Assembly (NCBI GenBank): GCA_021739985.1
Contig: JAIPAR010000001.1
Coordinates: forward strand, 7,781 to 71,780
Reading direction: 5' to 3'
From: Bacteroidales bacterium
GTDB lineage: Bacteria; Bacteroidota; Bacteroidia; Bacteroidales; M50B96
Length of the DNA: 64,000 nt
This document shows, in pieces, positions 9,187-18,954 of the stretch. Made by a program: the position numbers and the translations under genes. Within the stretch, counting starts at the first letter, position 1. The number at the start of each line of letters is the position of its first letter. Under the pieces are notes generated by a model. That model searched no databases. It was given only the letters and a program-made list of their open reading frames with translations, and had not been told where the DNA came from.

Positions 9187-10257
9187 ATGAAGATACAAAG
9201 TTCGAATCCATCAGCCGATATCCACCTTAAATTTCAGGATAAGAAGCCCGGAATGATTTTTCTGTATAGTCTGCTGTCCGGATTCTTTCTATTGTCCTGT
9301 GGCCCTTCGAAATCATCTGAATATAACCATTTTATGGGATTAACCCAAGGGACAACCTATCATATCACCTACAAAGGAGCTGAAAATTACAAGCCTCAAA
9401 TCGATTCTCTGTTGGCTGAGTTCGACACTTCCTTATCAACTTATAATAAAGAATCGCTCATAACAGCCATCAATGAAAACCGTAGTGATTCAGCCGACCG
9501 CTTTTTAACATACTGCGTCGAACAAGCCTTACTAATTTGCCAGGCATCAAATGGAGCCTTTGATATTACCATAGGTCCTTTGGCAAATAGCTGGGGCTTC
9601 GGGTTTAAAAACAAAGAAACAATTACCCCGGAGAAGATTGATAGTCTCTTGCCGTTTGTGGGTTGTGACAAAGTATCTATCGTTGGAAACCGAATTATCA
9701 AAGCATCTCCGGAAGTGATTCTGAATGTAAATGCGATTGCTCAGGGCTATGCAGTGGATGTGGTTTGCGAATGGCTTGAATCAAAAAAAGTTAGCAATTA
9801 TATGGTAGAAATTGGGGGGGAAGTAAAAGTGAAAGGCTTAAATCCTCATCAAAGCGAGTGGAAAGTGGGCATTAATGAACCGATTGATGATTCGCTGAAT
9901 GTCAATCAGGATATTCATGAAGTGGTACGGATAAGTGAGCATGCCATGGCAACTTCCGGCAATTATCGCAAATTCTATGTGGAGAATGGCGTAAAATACT
10001 CGCATACGCTGGATCCCAAAACAGGGTATCCTGTGAAACATAATTTACTTAGTGCCTCCGTATTGGCTAAAACTTGTATCGAGGCGGATGCCTATGCAAC
10101 AGCTTTTATGGTCGTTGGATTAGAAAAAGCACTGGAAATCCTGAAACTACACCCCGAGCTGGAAGCCTATTTTATCTATGCTGACCCGAATGGAACTTTT
10201 CAAACTTATTATACCCAGGGGATGAAGGAACATCTTACACCTGACGAAAATCAATAG
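9187..10257 (+). CDS. apbE: FAD:protein FMN transferase ApbE (lipoprotein)
   Basis: Lipobox FFLLSCG, plus GAFDITIGPL, NAIAQGYAVD, ATSGNYRKF...HTLDPKTGYP and DAYATAF. An alternative start is ATG 9253. Confidence 0.9.
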   Translation: MKIQSSNPSADIHLKFQDKKPGMIFLYSLLSGFFLLSCGPSKSSEYNHFMGLTQGTTYHITYKGAENYKPQIDSLLAEFDTSLSTYNKESLITAINENRSDSADRFLTYCVEQALLICQASNGAFDITIGPLANSWGFGFKNKETITPEKIDSLLPFVGCDKVSIVGNRIIKASPEVILNVNAIAQGYAVDVVCEWLESKKVSNYMVEIGGEVKVKGLNPHQSEWKVGINEPIDDSLNVNQDIHEVVRISEHAMATSGNYRKFYVENGVKYSHTLDPKTGYPVKHNLLSASVLAKTCIEADAYATAFMVVGLEKALEILKLHPELEAYFIYADPNGTFQTYYTQGMKEHLTPDENQ

Positions 10258-12935
10258 TTCTTCTCAAAGAATTTAAGATATCTGGCTACTTCCTTATCAT
10301 TAAAGAAGATGGTAAAATTATCGGCAGAGATTATGAAATGTTTGTATGCAATTTTATCTAAACCATCGAAAAAAGCCACATTGGCATTGACCGTTTTAAA
10401 GTACTCGGATGCTTTATTTACAGTTGCAAAGCCCTTCACTGTAACCAATTGAATATCATCATTTAAAATAACGCTACTTACCTTATACTGCTCCATCGAA
10501 AAATAATCGAGATTGAAATTGGAAAACTGATATTTCAGGCGATTCATATCGGTGGTTTTATTAGGTACGGCAATAACATAAAAATGCTCTGCTTTAGGTC
10601 CCGCGAAATAAATCTCCGGCTCCGGTTTTTCTTCCGGTTTTTCCTCCACAATTTGCACAAACTCTTCAACTTTTCCTTTTAGCTTTTCATCTTTGCTAAG
10701 TCGCATGGCAATGGCCATGGCGGGTTCTTTCACTTCACTTTCCGGGTAATTTTTAATGATGAATTTCAGTTCACTGATAAGTAAGTCGTATTGTTTGCTT
10801 TCGCCATAGGCTAATGCTTTCAGAAAATGAAACTTAGGAACTAAATCAGACTCCGGATACTCTTTGACAGCGGTTTCTGCATTTGCAATGACCATCGAAT
10901 ATTGCTTGTTGTTGAAGGCATAATAGCTCAGTTCATAGAGCGAGCGGGCTTTTTCTGTTTTACTGGCCAACTCCTGCAGGTAATTTGGATTCGTAAACAT
11001 CTGAGCATATTTACTCTCCGGATACTGACTGATAATTTTGGATTTATATTGATTGGACTGTGTTTCTTCATCCCTGTCTTTATGCATCTTATAGAGATTG
11101 TAATAGGCATACAGCATGAAAGCATGATTCGGGTATTTTTGATTGAGGGATTCAAACATTTTGATTGCCTCGGTTGTGTTCAACAATTCATCCCGATATA
11201 CTTCGCCGGCGCCAAAATAGGCATTGATAATCCGCTCGTTGGAGAGTTTAACCAATGAATCAGTAAATGGAATGTCCACCATGTAATACTCTTTGGTTTT
11301 AGGGTCTGTTGGGCGTTTGGGAGCCAAGGTATCGCCGCCTGCAATCAGGGTGGAATCGCCAGATCCATCTTCAAAAAGAATTACTTCTTTATTTTTTCTA
11401 CGCCAGTTATCCTCAAGTTTACGACGGCCCCAAAGCCTGACAAATTCGGTTTGCCCAAAGCTGATTGCTGTAGGATTATAGAAGTACCATTTCCCGCCGG
11501 AAGCAAGATTTCGATTTCGCGGGTCATTTTGCTCGTACTTGGCCATAGCAGCATTTGTCATAGCCATTTGTTCCTCTTCTTTCTTCTTTTTTTCTTCTTC
11601 CAAAATTTGATTAATAATCCCTTGAATGATATTTTCCAATTCCTTGGAATCTAATTTAGCAAGCTTTTGGAGACTATCTTCGCGAGTTATAACATCAAGA
11701 TTTTCAACAAGATGATTCAAACTTTTAGAGCGGCGGTCGATGGTTTCAAATTCAGGTACTTCCGGGTCGATGAAATAAACGGTGGAATCGTAATAAAACT
11801 GAGCACTTTTATAATCGGCTTTATCATAATAAATTTTAGCCATTGCATGGAAAGAAGCAGCTTTTTGATTGGTATTTTGCATGCTGTTTTCGGCTGAAAG
11901 TTTATAATACTCCAGCGCTTGCGGGATATTATTCTGTTTGGCTTCAATTTCGGCCATTGCAAAATAAATCTGGTCTTTGTATTCGATGTTTTTATCGTCT
12001 TTCAGCATCTTTTCGAGTTCTTTCATCAAGTCGCCGGCACCGCCAAAACGAACTGAGAAGGAAGAAGCTCTACGAATTTGAGCATTGAAAGCCATTTCAT
12101 AGGGAGGATTAGCTTTAATGACTTTGGTGTACATTTCCGAGGCTAGCGGGTACTCTCCCAACTCCTGATATATCTGCCCTAAGATGAAGGTATATCGGAT
12201 TCTGCTTTTCTTGACACGACTTTTGGTGATGGCTTTTTGCAGCCAGGGAATTGCCTCTTGCGGATTTCCCATTTTGAGATAATACTCTGCATAGGTGATA
12301 TACAATTCGGGGAGCAATCGTTTTGGAATACTTCTGTCGTTTTCGATGAAGTCGAGGTTTTCGCGGGCTGCCATGTATTCTTTTTCGAGCAGGTTAGCGC
12401 GGGCTTTCCAAATATAAGCTTCGTATTTCAAGTCACCCTGACCAAATTCTTTGATTACATAATCCAGATTTTGCTGTGCCTGCAGGAAATCATGCTTAAA
12501 AAAATAAGCTTTTCCCATCAGCAAATAAGCATCATCCACATATTTATTATACTCACCCTGAGCGTAAAATTCACGCTCTTTTTTAGTCATTTTCCCTTTT
12601 TTCCGCTTTGGTTTTTTGGTGATGGAATGCATTTTAATCATCTTCGATGTTTTGCCTATCACCTTATCCATATCGGGATATACGGTTTTGGAGATGGCTT
12701 CATCACCATACTTGAAAATTTCGAGACGCTTGGAATAATCGTCCACATAGGAAGTTTCAATGCGACCCATGCCGGTCTTAAAAGCTTCGCGGCCATTAAA
12801 ATAAACGTTGTAGTAGGCGGTCAGATTATGAAAGCCTCTGCTCATCATAGTATTTTTATCGGTAGAGCAGCCGGCAATCAGGCCGATAATCAGAAGAGCA
12901 AGCAGGTATTTATAGCGTGTTTGCAAAATGTTCAA
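10251..12935 (-). CDS. sprE: T9SS/gliding periplasmic TPR lipoprotein SprE/PorW
   Basis: Lipobox LIAGCS, then MMSRGFHNLTAYYNVYFNGREAF and many TPR-like repeats. I prefer the TTG at 12935 (MNILQTRYKYLLALLIIGLIAGC) because a TAnnTTTG box lies at 12964-12971. The longest ORF starts at ATG 13037 and overlaps cyoE. Confidence 0.7.
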   Translation of the reverse strand: MNILQTRYKYLLALLIIGLIAGCSTDKNTMMSRGFHNLTAYYNVYFNGREAFKTGMGRIETSYVDDYSKRLEIFKYGDEAISKTVYPDMDKVIGKTSKMIKMHSITKKPKRKKGKMTKKEREFYAQGEYNKYVDDAYLLMGKAYFFKHDFLQAQQNLDYVIKEFGQGDLKYEAYIWKARANLLEKEYMAARENLDFIENDRSIPKRLLPELYITYAEYYLKMGNPQEAIPWLQKAITKSRVKKSRIRYTFILGQIYQELGEYPLASEMYTKVIKANPPYEMAFNAQIRRASSFSVRFGGAGDLMKELEKMLKDDKNIEYKDQIYFAMAEIEAKQNNIPQALEYYKLSAENSMQNTNQKAASFHAMAKIYYDKADYKSAQFYYDSTVYFIDPEVPEFETIDRRSKSLNHLVENLDVITREDSLQKLAKLDSKELENIIQGIINQILEEEKKKKEEEQMAMTNAAMAKYEQNDPRNRNLASGGKWYFYNPTAISFGQTEFVRLWGRRKLEDNWRRKNKEVILFEDGSGDSTLIAGGDTLAPKRPTDPKTKEYYMVDIPFTDSLVKLSNERIINAYFGAGEVYRDELLNTTEAIKMFESLNQKYPNHAFMLYAYYNLYKMHKDRDEETQSNQYKSKIISQYPESKYAQMFTNPNYLQELASKTEKARSLYELSYYAFNNKQYSMVIANAETAVKEYPESDLVPKFHFLKALAYGESKQYDLLISELKFIIKNYPESEVKEPAMAIAMRLSKDEKLKGKVEEFVQIVEEKPEEKPEPEIYFAGPKAEHFYVIAVPNKTTDMNRLKYQFSNFNLDYFSMEQYKVSSVILNDDIQLVTVKGFATVNKASEYFKTVNANVAFFDGLDKIAYKHFIISADNFTIFFNDKEVARYLKFFEKNY

Positions 12936-12963
12936 TTTTTGTTTTAAAGTAACTGAAAATCTG

Positions 12964-12971
12964 CAAAAATA
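12964..12971 (-). promoter_or_regulatory. candidate Bacteroidota -7 promoter box (TATTTTTG) for sprE
   Basis: The minus strand reads TATTTTTG, matching TAnnTTTG, about 29 nt upstream of the TTG start at 12935. This is an 8-mer match only. Confidence 0.3.
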
Positions 12972-13014
12972 TTTTATTTTTTCGGATGATATCGACCCTT
13001 TTTGCGAATAATCC

Positions 13015-13875
13015 TTAGACTTGTGTTTCGAGCACAATCAGAATCATAATTACCAGGAGATATAAATTGATATTCAGGAATAAACTACGAAACCTGAATT
13101 GCAAAACGGTACTGATTAAGGAGCGGGACATAACCATCAAAGCTATTGAAAATAAAAGCAATGCACCGGTAATAAACGGGTTGTTGATGATATGAAAAAC
13201 GGGTAGCAGAAAGGCGGTAAACACGGTTCCTGTAATCCAGCTAAAGACAATTCCCTTCAGCTGAGTTTCATTAAAATATTGGGTCAGGGTTGGATAGCCG
13301 GCAGCTTCGTACTGCTCGCCCAGGCGAAGAACCAATAAAATAAAATGAGGAACCTGCCAGATAAAAAAGAAGAAGGCAACAATCAGTATTTCAGTCTGAT
13401 ACCAAGCACCACCGGCAGCAGTATAGCCAATCATCGGAGGTAAAGCACCTATTAAAGCCCCTGCAATGACCGCAAAAACGCTTCGGCGCTTCATCGGGGT
13501 GTAAATCGCATTGTACCAGAAAAAGGTAAGCCAGCCTAAAAGCATGGGTGTTAATCCGGACTGCACATACAAGATGAGCGAGCCGGCCAGCCACAGGATG
13601 AATATATAGCTAAACACATAAGCTTTGCTGACGGTTCCGGTTGGAATCGGTCGGGTGGCTGTACGTTGCATCATGGCATCGTACTTTCGCTCTTGCCACT
13701 GATTAAGGGCAGCAGATGCAGCCGATAAAAAGAAAACCCCAACCAGCGGATAAATCAAGTCAGCTGTAAAGCTCCTGGCATACAGCAAATATCCGGTCAG
13801 CGTTGACAAAGTCACAGCGAAGGTTATTCGCACTTTTCCCAGTGCTAAAAACAGCTCAAGGTGTTTTTTTATCAT
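13015..13875 (-). CDS. cyoE: protoheme IX farnesyltransferase (heme O synthase)
   Basis: 286 aa polytopic protein with NQWQERKYDAMMQRTATRPIP (UbiA-family motif). There is an ATGA overlap with the upstream ctaC stop. Confidence 0.9.
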   Translation of the reverse strand: MIKKHLELFLALGKVRITFAVTLSTLTGYLLYARSFTADLIYPLVGVFFLSAASAALNQWQERKYDAMMQRTATRPIPTGTVSKAYVFSYIFILWLAGSLILYVQSGLTPMLLGWLTFFWYNAIYTPMKRRSVFAVIAGALIGALPPMIGYTAAGGAWYQTEILIVAFFFFIWQVPHFILLVLRLGEQYEAAGYPTLTQYFNETQLKGIVFSWITGTVFTAFLLPVFHIINNPFITGALLLFSIALMVMSRSLISTVLQFRFRSLFLNINLYLLVIMILIVLETQV

Positions 13876-14792
13876 TTTAAAGACTGGATGTATAAAACAA
13901 TTTTAGCAAGTTCTTCTTCCGTAAGCTGACCTTCGTAGGAAGGCATCAAGCCGGAAGCAAATCCTTCGACGACTTTATCATTCGGTTTCAGAACCGATTC
14001 TCTGATATAAGCTTCGTCAACGGTTATTTGCTGAGGTTTCCCATCAACCAGGACGGTTTTGGTGGAGCCAAAAAGGCCTGCAAAAGAGCTACCCACAAGC
14101 CTTGAGCCATCCGTAGAATGGCATGCCACGCAGCCTTTGGCTTTCACAAAGCGGGCAGCATCGAGAACGGGATCAACACCGCCTGCGGCCGGCGCATTGG
14201 CGGCCAGCCAGCTGTCAAATTCGCTCTGCGGCAATACAACCAGCTTGGTTATCATCGATGAATGAAGCAATCCACAGTATTCGGCACAGAAAATATCAAA
14301 AGTATCAATCATCGTTGCATTAAACCACATCTTGTTGGTTCGCCCCGGATTCACATCTTCTTTAACCCGAAATGCAGGAATATACAAGGAATGCACCACA
14401 TCCTGCGAAGACATTTCCAGAACAACCGGCGTGTTCACAGGAACCTTCAAGGTATCGTAAGCCGCCCCGTTTTCATATTCAAAGGTCCAGCTCCACATCC
14501 TTCCTGTTACTTTCACTTTCATGGCATTTTCCGGAAAATCCCTTAAAGGTGTATATCCAATATAGCCAACATAAAACATGATAAGAACCAAAATCGTAGG
14601 CACTACCGTCCAAATAATTTCCAGTTTAACATTCCCGTCTTGCTGGGTTGCTACCGGATTTTTGGAACGATGATATTTGATGACAAATCGAACCATGAAA
14701 AAAGTAATGGCAATCAAAAGAATTACCGATACTCCAATGGTAAAATATAAAGCAAAATCTACTTTATCTGAAAAAGTTGCTGCTGTCTTCAT
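13872..14792 (-). CDS. ctaC: cytochrome c oxidase subunit II with C-terminal cytochrome c domain (caa3 type)
   Basis: Two TM helices. CuA ligands DVVHSLYIP and CAEYCGLLHSSM, plus heme c motif CVACH in the C-terminal extension. Confidence 0.9.
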   Translation of the reverse strand: MKTAATFSDKVDFALYFTIGVSVILLIAITFFMVRFVIKYHRSKNPVATQQDGNVKLEIIWTVVPTILVLIMFYVGYIGYTPLRDFPENAMKVKVTGRMWSWTFEYENGAAYDTLKVPVNTPVVLEMSSQDVVHSLYIPAFRVKEDVNPGRTNKMWFNATMIDTFDIFCAEYCGLLHSSMITKLVVLPQSEFDSWLAANAPAAGGVDPVLDAARFVKAKGCVACHSTDGSRLVGSSFAGLFGSTKTVLVDGKPQQITVDEAYIRESVLKPNDKVVEGFASGLMPSYEGQLTEEELAKIVLYIQSLK

Positions 14793-14803
14793 GCTCGTTC
14801 CTC

Positions 14804-15088
14804 CTATCGGTATGAATAATCAATAAACAAAAAGGCCAAAACGGCAATCAGTACAAAAAGGCATATAAAAACCATCGTTCTAAAAAAACGGTTTTCAAAT
14901 TTCAGGTGCATGAAATAATAGCCCACCAAAATGGTCTTTATCGTCGCCACCAATAAGGCAATGATGACCGTAAGCGCTTTAAAATCAAACTGTGCAATTT
15001 CGATGGTTACAAAAGTCAGAATCAGCAAATCAACCCAAATGAGGATGTTTTTCTTGTCGCTAACTGGATGATCATGGTTATTCTCCAT
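14804..15088 (-). CDS. prokaryotic cytochrome c oxidase subunit IV family protein
   Basis: 94 aa with three hydrophobic helices, positioned between subunits III and II in the operon. Confidence 0.7.
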   Translation of the reverse strand: MENNHDHPVSDKKNILIWVDLLILTFVTIEIAQFDFKALTVIIALLVATIKTILVGYYFMHLKFENRFFRTMVFICLFVLIAVLAFLFIDYSYR

Positions 15089-15127
15089 AAAATTCGTCTT
15101 CTATCGGTTAAACTTGGATTCTAAATA

Positions 15128-15757
15128 TCAGATAATCAAATAAAAAAGAGGGAAAAGGTAAATCCAGATAACATCTACCAGGTGCCAGTATAAACCGGCA
15201 TTCTCGTGGAGGACATAATTATCGGGGCTCACCTCTCCTTTTTTCATGTAGTATAAAATGAATCCTATAAATGTGACCCCCACAATGATGTGCAGCGCAT
15301 GCAATCCGGTCATGAAATAATACAAGAGGAAGAATAGGGATTCGCCACCCGAAAGTGCCTTAAATCCATCCATTCCGGGGAAAATACCCAAATGAATTTT
15401 ATGTCCCCATTCGAAATATTTATTAATCAAAAAGGCAATGGCAAAAAGAATCGTCACCCAAAGTAAAATTTTGGCTTTCTTCATTTTCCCGGCTTGTACC
15501 GCCGAAACAGATAATGCAACCGTCAGCGAGGAGGTGAGTAATATGAGGGTATTTATCGCCCCAATGACCCAATCAAGTCTTGCTGAGCCATTATGAAATT
15601 CCTCTGAATTTAAATAACGATAGGTAGCATAAACAATAAACAAGCCGCCAAACAATAAGACTTCGGTAAAAAGGAACAACCACATTCCCATTCGTTTTCC
15701 TTCGTCATCCCGCCGGGTATGAACGGCCTGAGATGTTATGTGCAAAGATGTATCCAT
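15128..15757 (-). CDS. ctaE: cytochrome c oxidase subunit III
   Basis: 209 aa polytopic protein with LFLFTEVLLFGGLF and YWHLVDVIWIYLFP motifs. Confidence 0.9.
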   Translation of the reverse strand: MDTSLHITSQAVHTRRDDEGKRMGMWLFLFTEVLLFGGLFIVYATYRYLNSEEFHNGSARLDWVIGAINTLILLTSSLTVALSVSAVQAGKMKKAKILLWVTILFAIAFLINKYFEWGHKIHLGIFPGMDGFKALSGGESLFFLLYYFMTGLHALHIIVGVTFIGFILYYMKKGEVSPDNYVLHENAGLYWHLVDVIWIYLFPLFYLII

Positions 15758-15787
15758 TCGTTTTTGGATTTTCGTTTTGTGTTTGTG

Positions 15788-17398
15788 CTAGACTTTAATT
15801 CCCGGATATTCGTAAGGACCTTTTTCAACAACCGGAGGGGTTTCAAAATTGTACACCGGAGGAGGACTGGCAGTTGTCCACTCAAGCGTTGAACCACCCC
15901 ATGGATTTGCCGGAGCGGCTGCTCCTTTGCGGGCTGCTTTAACCAAATTGGCAATAATAATTACCAGGCCAAGAACCAGCACCCAGGAACCTACGGTTGA
16001 CAATTGATTCAGGAAAGTAAATTCAGGCAGATAATCGAAGTAACGGCGTGGCATTCCCTGAATTCCGACGATAAATAAGGGGAAATACAGGAGATTAAAG
16101 CCGATAAAGAAGATAACAAAGCCAATATTCGCCCATTTTTCATTATACAGTTTACCCCAAATCTTTGGAAACCAGTAATGAACTGCACCGAAGAATGCAA
16201 ATCCTACACCGCCGAACATCGTATAGTGAAAGTGAGCGACCACGAAATAAGTATCATGCACATGAATATCAGCAGCCAGCGAACCAACCACCAATCCGGT
16301 AAATCCACCAATCATAAAGAGGAAGATAAAAGCAAGTGCGTAGAGCAGGGGTGTTCTCACATCAATAGAACCCTTGTATAAAGTAGCCACCCAGTTAAAT
16401 ACCTTGACCCCGGAAGGAATAGCCACCAGGAAAGTAAGTACCGAGAAAAATATGCGGGCAGCTTCACTCATTCCGGAAGTGTACATGTGATGCCCCCATA
16501 CAAAATAGCCTACAAAAGCAATCGCCAATGAGCTATAAATGATGGCTTTATATCCAAAAATTGTTTTCTGCGCAAAAGTTGGAATGATTTCCGAAATGAT
16601 TCCCATCGCCGGCAAAATCATAATATAAACTGCCGGATGCGAATAAATCCAGAACAAATGTTGATACAAAATGGGGTCTCCTCCAATCGACGGGTCGAAA
16701 AAGCCGACATTCATCGTACGTTCTGCGACCACCATAAGAAGGGTAATGCCAACGATAGGAGTTGCCAGCACCTGAATCCAGGATGCAGCATACAAAGCCC
16801 ATGGGAAAAGTGGCATTTTAAACCAGGTCATGCCTTCGGCACGCATCCGGTGCATCGTCACAATAAAATTTAAACCGGTCAGGATGGACGAGAAACCAAG
16901 GATAAATGCTGCTAATACAGCCATTATCACATTGGTTCCCGTTTTTACGCTGTAGGGGGCATAGAAAGTCCATCCGGTATCAGGTGGTCCATCACCCAGA
17001 ACAAGCGTACTTAAGGCCATCAAGCCACCAATCACATACAAATACCAGCTAAACAGATTCAGCTTTGGAAAAGCCACATCGTCGGCACCAATAAGGATAG
17101 GCAGGAAGAAATTGCCAAAAATCGCAGGAATCCCCGGGATGATGAATAAAAATATCATAATTACACCATGCAGCGTAAACACAGAATTATAGGTTTTTGC
17201 TTCCATGATGGTTTCGCCCGGAGCAATCAACTCAAGGCGCATTAAAACACCCAACAGTACACCCACCAGAAAGAAACCTACAACGCCGTAAAAATACAGC
17301 AAGGCAATCCGCTTGTGGTCGTGTGTGGTGATCCAGGACATTAATCCCCTGGCGGTTTTGAAGTAACTAACTTCGTTATTTATTTCAGTATGTGACAT
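15788..17398 (-). CDS. ctaD: cytochrome c oxidase subunit I, A2 subtype
   Basis: 536 aa with HDHKRIALLY, LFWIYSHPAVYIMILP (YS motif replacing the GHPEV glutamate) and VAHFHY. Confidence 0.95.
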   Translation of the reverse strand: MSHTEINNEVSYFKTARGLMSWITTHDHKRIALLYFYGVVGFFLVGVLLGVLMRLELIAPGETIMEAKTYNSVFTLHGVIMIFLFIIPGIPAIFGNFFLPILIGADDVAFPKLNLFSWYLYVIGGLMALSTLVLGDGPPDTGWTFYAPYSVKTGTNVIMAVLAAFILGFSSILTGLNFIVTMHRMRAEGMTWFKMPLFPWALYAASWIQVLATPIVGITLLMVVAERTMNVGFFDPSIGGDPILYQHLFWIYSHPAVYIMILPAMGIISEIIPTFAQKTIFGYKAIIYSSLAIAFVGYFVWGHHMYTSGMSEAARIFFSVLTFLVAIPSGVKVFNWVATLYKGSIDVRTPLLYALAFIFLFMIGGFTGLVVGSLAADIHVHDTYFVVAHFHYTMFGGVGFAFFGAVHYWFPKIWGKLYNEKWANIGFVIFFIGFNLLYFPLFIVGIQGMPRRYFDYLPEFTFLNQLSTVGSWVLVLGLVIIIANLVKAARKGAAAPANPWGGSTLEWTTASPPPVYNFETPPVVEKGPYEYPGIKV

Positions 17399-17408
17399 AA
17401 ATTGAACT

Positions 17409-18179
17409 TTATACTGTCCTTCGTTTTTTATTCTTAGCTCCGAAAATTAAATAGAGAAACAACGACAAGGCCGTCAGTAAAATCACAGTAGCGGCTACTT
17501 TCGTCAAATTGAATACATATTTTTTACCTTCTGCATCATAGCTGAAGCAATAATCAAGTACTTTGTTTATAGTTGGCCGGCTTTGTCCGTTGGACGCTTC
17601 AATAACAGCCATTTTTACATCCCAGGGATTAAAGAACAAACCGTATAAATAGCGGGTAATCTTCTTTTCCGGGCTAAGCATCGTAAGCGTGGCGGCATGC
17701 ACATAATCTTCACCTTCCTTCTTAAATCCAAATCCTACCGCATCCACCAATGCCATGACCGTTGCGCTGTCGCCAACCATCCATTGCCAGGCTTCAGGGT
17801 CAATTTCGCGCTCTAATTGCGAGAGGTAGTTTTTGCGCTTGTCACGCGCCAATTCCCAGTCTTCATCCCAATTAAAACTAATGGTTACAATTTGATAATC
17901 AATGCCAATTACGAGCTCACTTTCATCAACCAAACTCACCACCCCATCGAGCAGGGGACTACAAATGCCGGGGCAATTGTAATATACCAGCACCAGAATA
18001 GTTGGTTTGTTAATTAAAGAATCTAAGTAGATGGTTTTGCCTTCGTGATTGGTAAACTGAAGTCCCTGAGGGATGGTCTCGTCTAAATGTTCAAAAATGC
18101 CTATGTTGGCCGGAATCGTGTCGGCAAAGCCGGCCATCGAACTCAGAGACATCAAAAGAATGAGTAAATACTTCTTCAT
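17409..18179 (-). CDS. SCO/SenC family copper chaperone (thioredoxin fold) with C-terminal TM anchor
   Basis: Signal peptide, CPGIC (CxxxC) motif within LVYYNCPGICSP, and a C-terminal hydrophobic helix. It ends 10 nt upstream of ctaD. Confidence 0.85.
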   Translation of the reverse strand: MKKYLLILLMSLSSMAGFADTIPANIGIFEHLDETIPQGLQFTNHEGKTIYLDSLINKPTILVLVYYNCPGICSPLLDGVVSLVDESELVIGIDYQIVTISFNWDEDWELARDKRKNYLSQLEREIDPEAWQWMVGDSATVMALVDAVGFGFKKEGEDYVHAATLTMLSPEKKITRYLYGLFFNPWDVKMAVIEASNGQSRPTINKVLDYCFSYDAEGKKYVFNLTKVAATVILLTALSLFLYLIFGAKNKKRRTV

Positions 18180-18597
18180 CTTAAAATAGTTGTTTTTAGT
18201 AATTCATCTACAATGCCTCCGCCCATTTTATCCTGTTGATATATTTGATACCTCGGCACAGTTTGTAATATTCAAATAGTTAGTTTTCAACACTTTGTTC
18301 AAAAGTATAAAAAAAGGTTCGCCGGAAAGGTGGAATACTTATTTAGACCAAACAAATACAGATTATAGCCAATGTTCAATTCAGATGATACCTTTTACAG
18401 GAATAGTGATGGAATACGAAAAATCACTAACTGAGAAAATTTAGTCTAATTATTTAGAATGATGCTTAAAAAACGCATGGGATGAACAGCGGATGTTTTG
18501 AAATGGCATCAAAAAAAAGCGGAGGAATGTGACATTTTAGCTAAAAAAAGCCAGAAAAGTATATTTTTACCTATCCAAATGATAAGCCTGCTATACG

Positions 18598-18948
18598 ATG
18601 AATGATTTACAATGGACTGCCGAAGAGGAAAGCTTGCTGAAGGAATTGACCGACCTGGCCTATCTGCGTGAAATTGCTGATTTAATTGAGGAATTGAAGG
18701 TTCAGGTTAGTCGCATGGATTCGGAAGATAAGCTTTGGGACATGTATAATCAGCTTCAGTTTCGAAAGCTGGAATTGGAGAAGAAGTATAGAAAGACCTC
18801 CAATCGGATGATGCTGCTTGGCAAATTGCTGGCTGAAAAAAGGATTTTGCAGAACGAAATACTTGGCTTTTCGCCGGCCCGCCGGCAGGCTATCAAGCAT
18901 TACGCTTCACTTTGGACGGATGAAGAAGAAATGGAAACCATTAACTAA
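18598..18948 (+). CDS. hypothetical acidic helical protein
   Basis: 116-aa ORF with no signal peptide and coiled-coil-like composition. It ends 6 nt before the next gene. Confidence 0.45.
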   Translation: MNDLQWTAEEESLLKELTDLAYLREIADLIEELKVQVSRMDSEDKLWDMYNQLQFRKLELEKKYRKTSNRMMLLGKLLAEKRILQNEILGFSPARRQAIKHYASLWTDEEEMETIN

Positions 18949-18954
18949 TAAAAC

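Noticed and set aside
12237-12947. 236-aa plus-strand ORF, with several others at 10902-12088, lying antisense inside sprE
   Set aside because: They sit entirely inside a confidently recognised TPR lipoprotein gene on the other strand. Their translations are low-complexity (F/I/L-rich) with no recognisable motifs. This is typical of shadow ORFs in AT-rich coding DNA.
13391-14581. Cluster of 66-94-aa alternative-frame and antisense ORFs inside cyoE and ctaC
   Set aside because: They are explained by locally GC-rich sequence lacking stop codons. The overlapping main frames have unambiguous heme O synthase and CuA/heme c motifs.
18236-18249. TTGAT-ATAT-TTGAT upstream of the sco-cta operon as a possible FNR/CRP-type site
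   Set aside because: The two half-sites are direct repeats, not inverted ones (FNR needs TTGAT-N4-ATCAA). This is most likely chance in AT-rich DNA.
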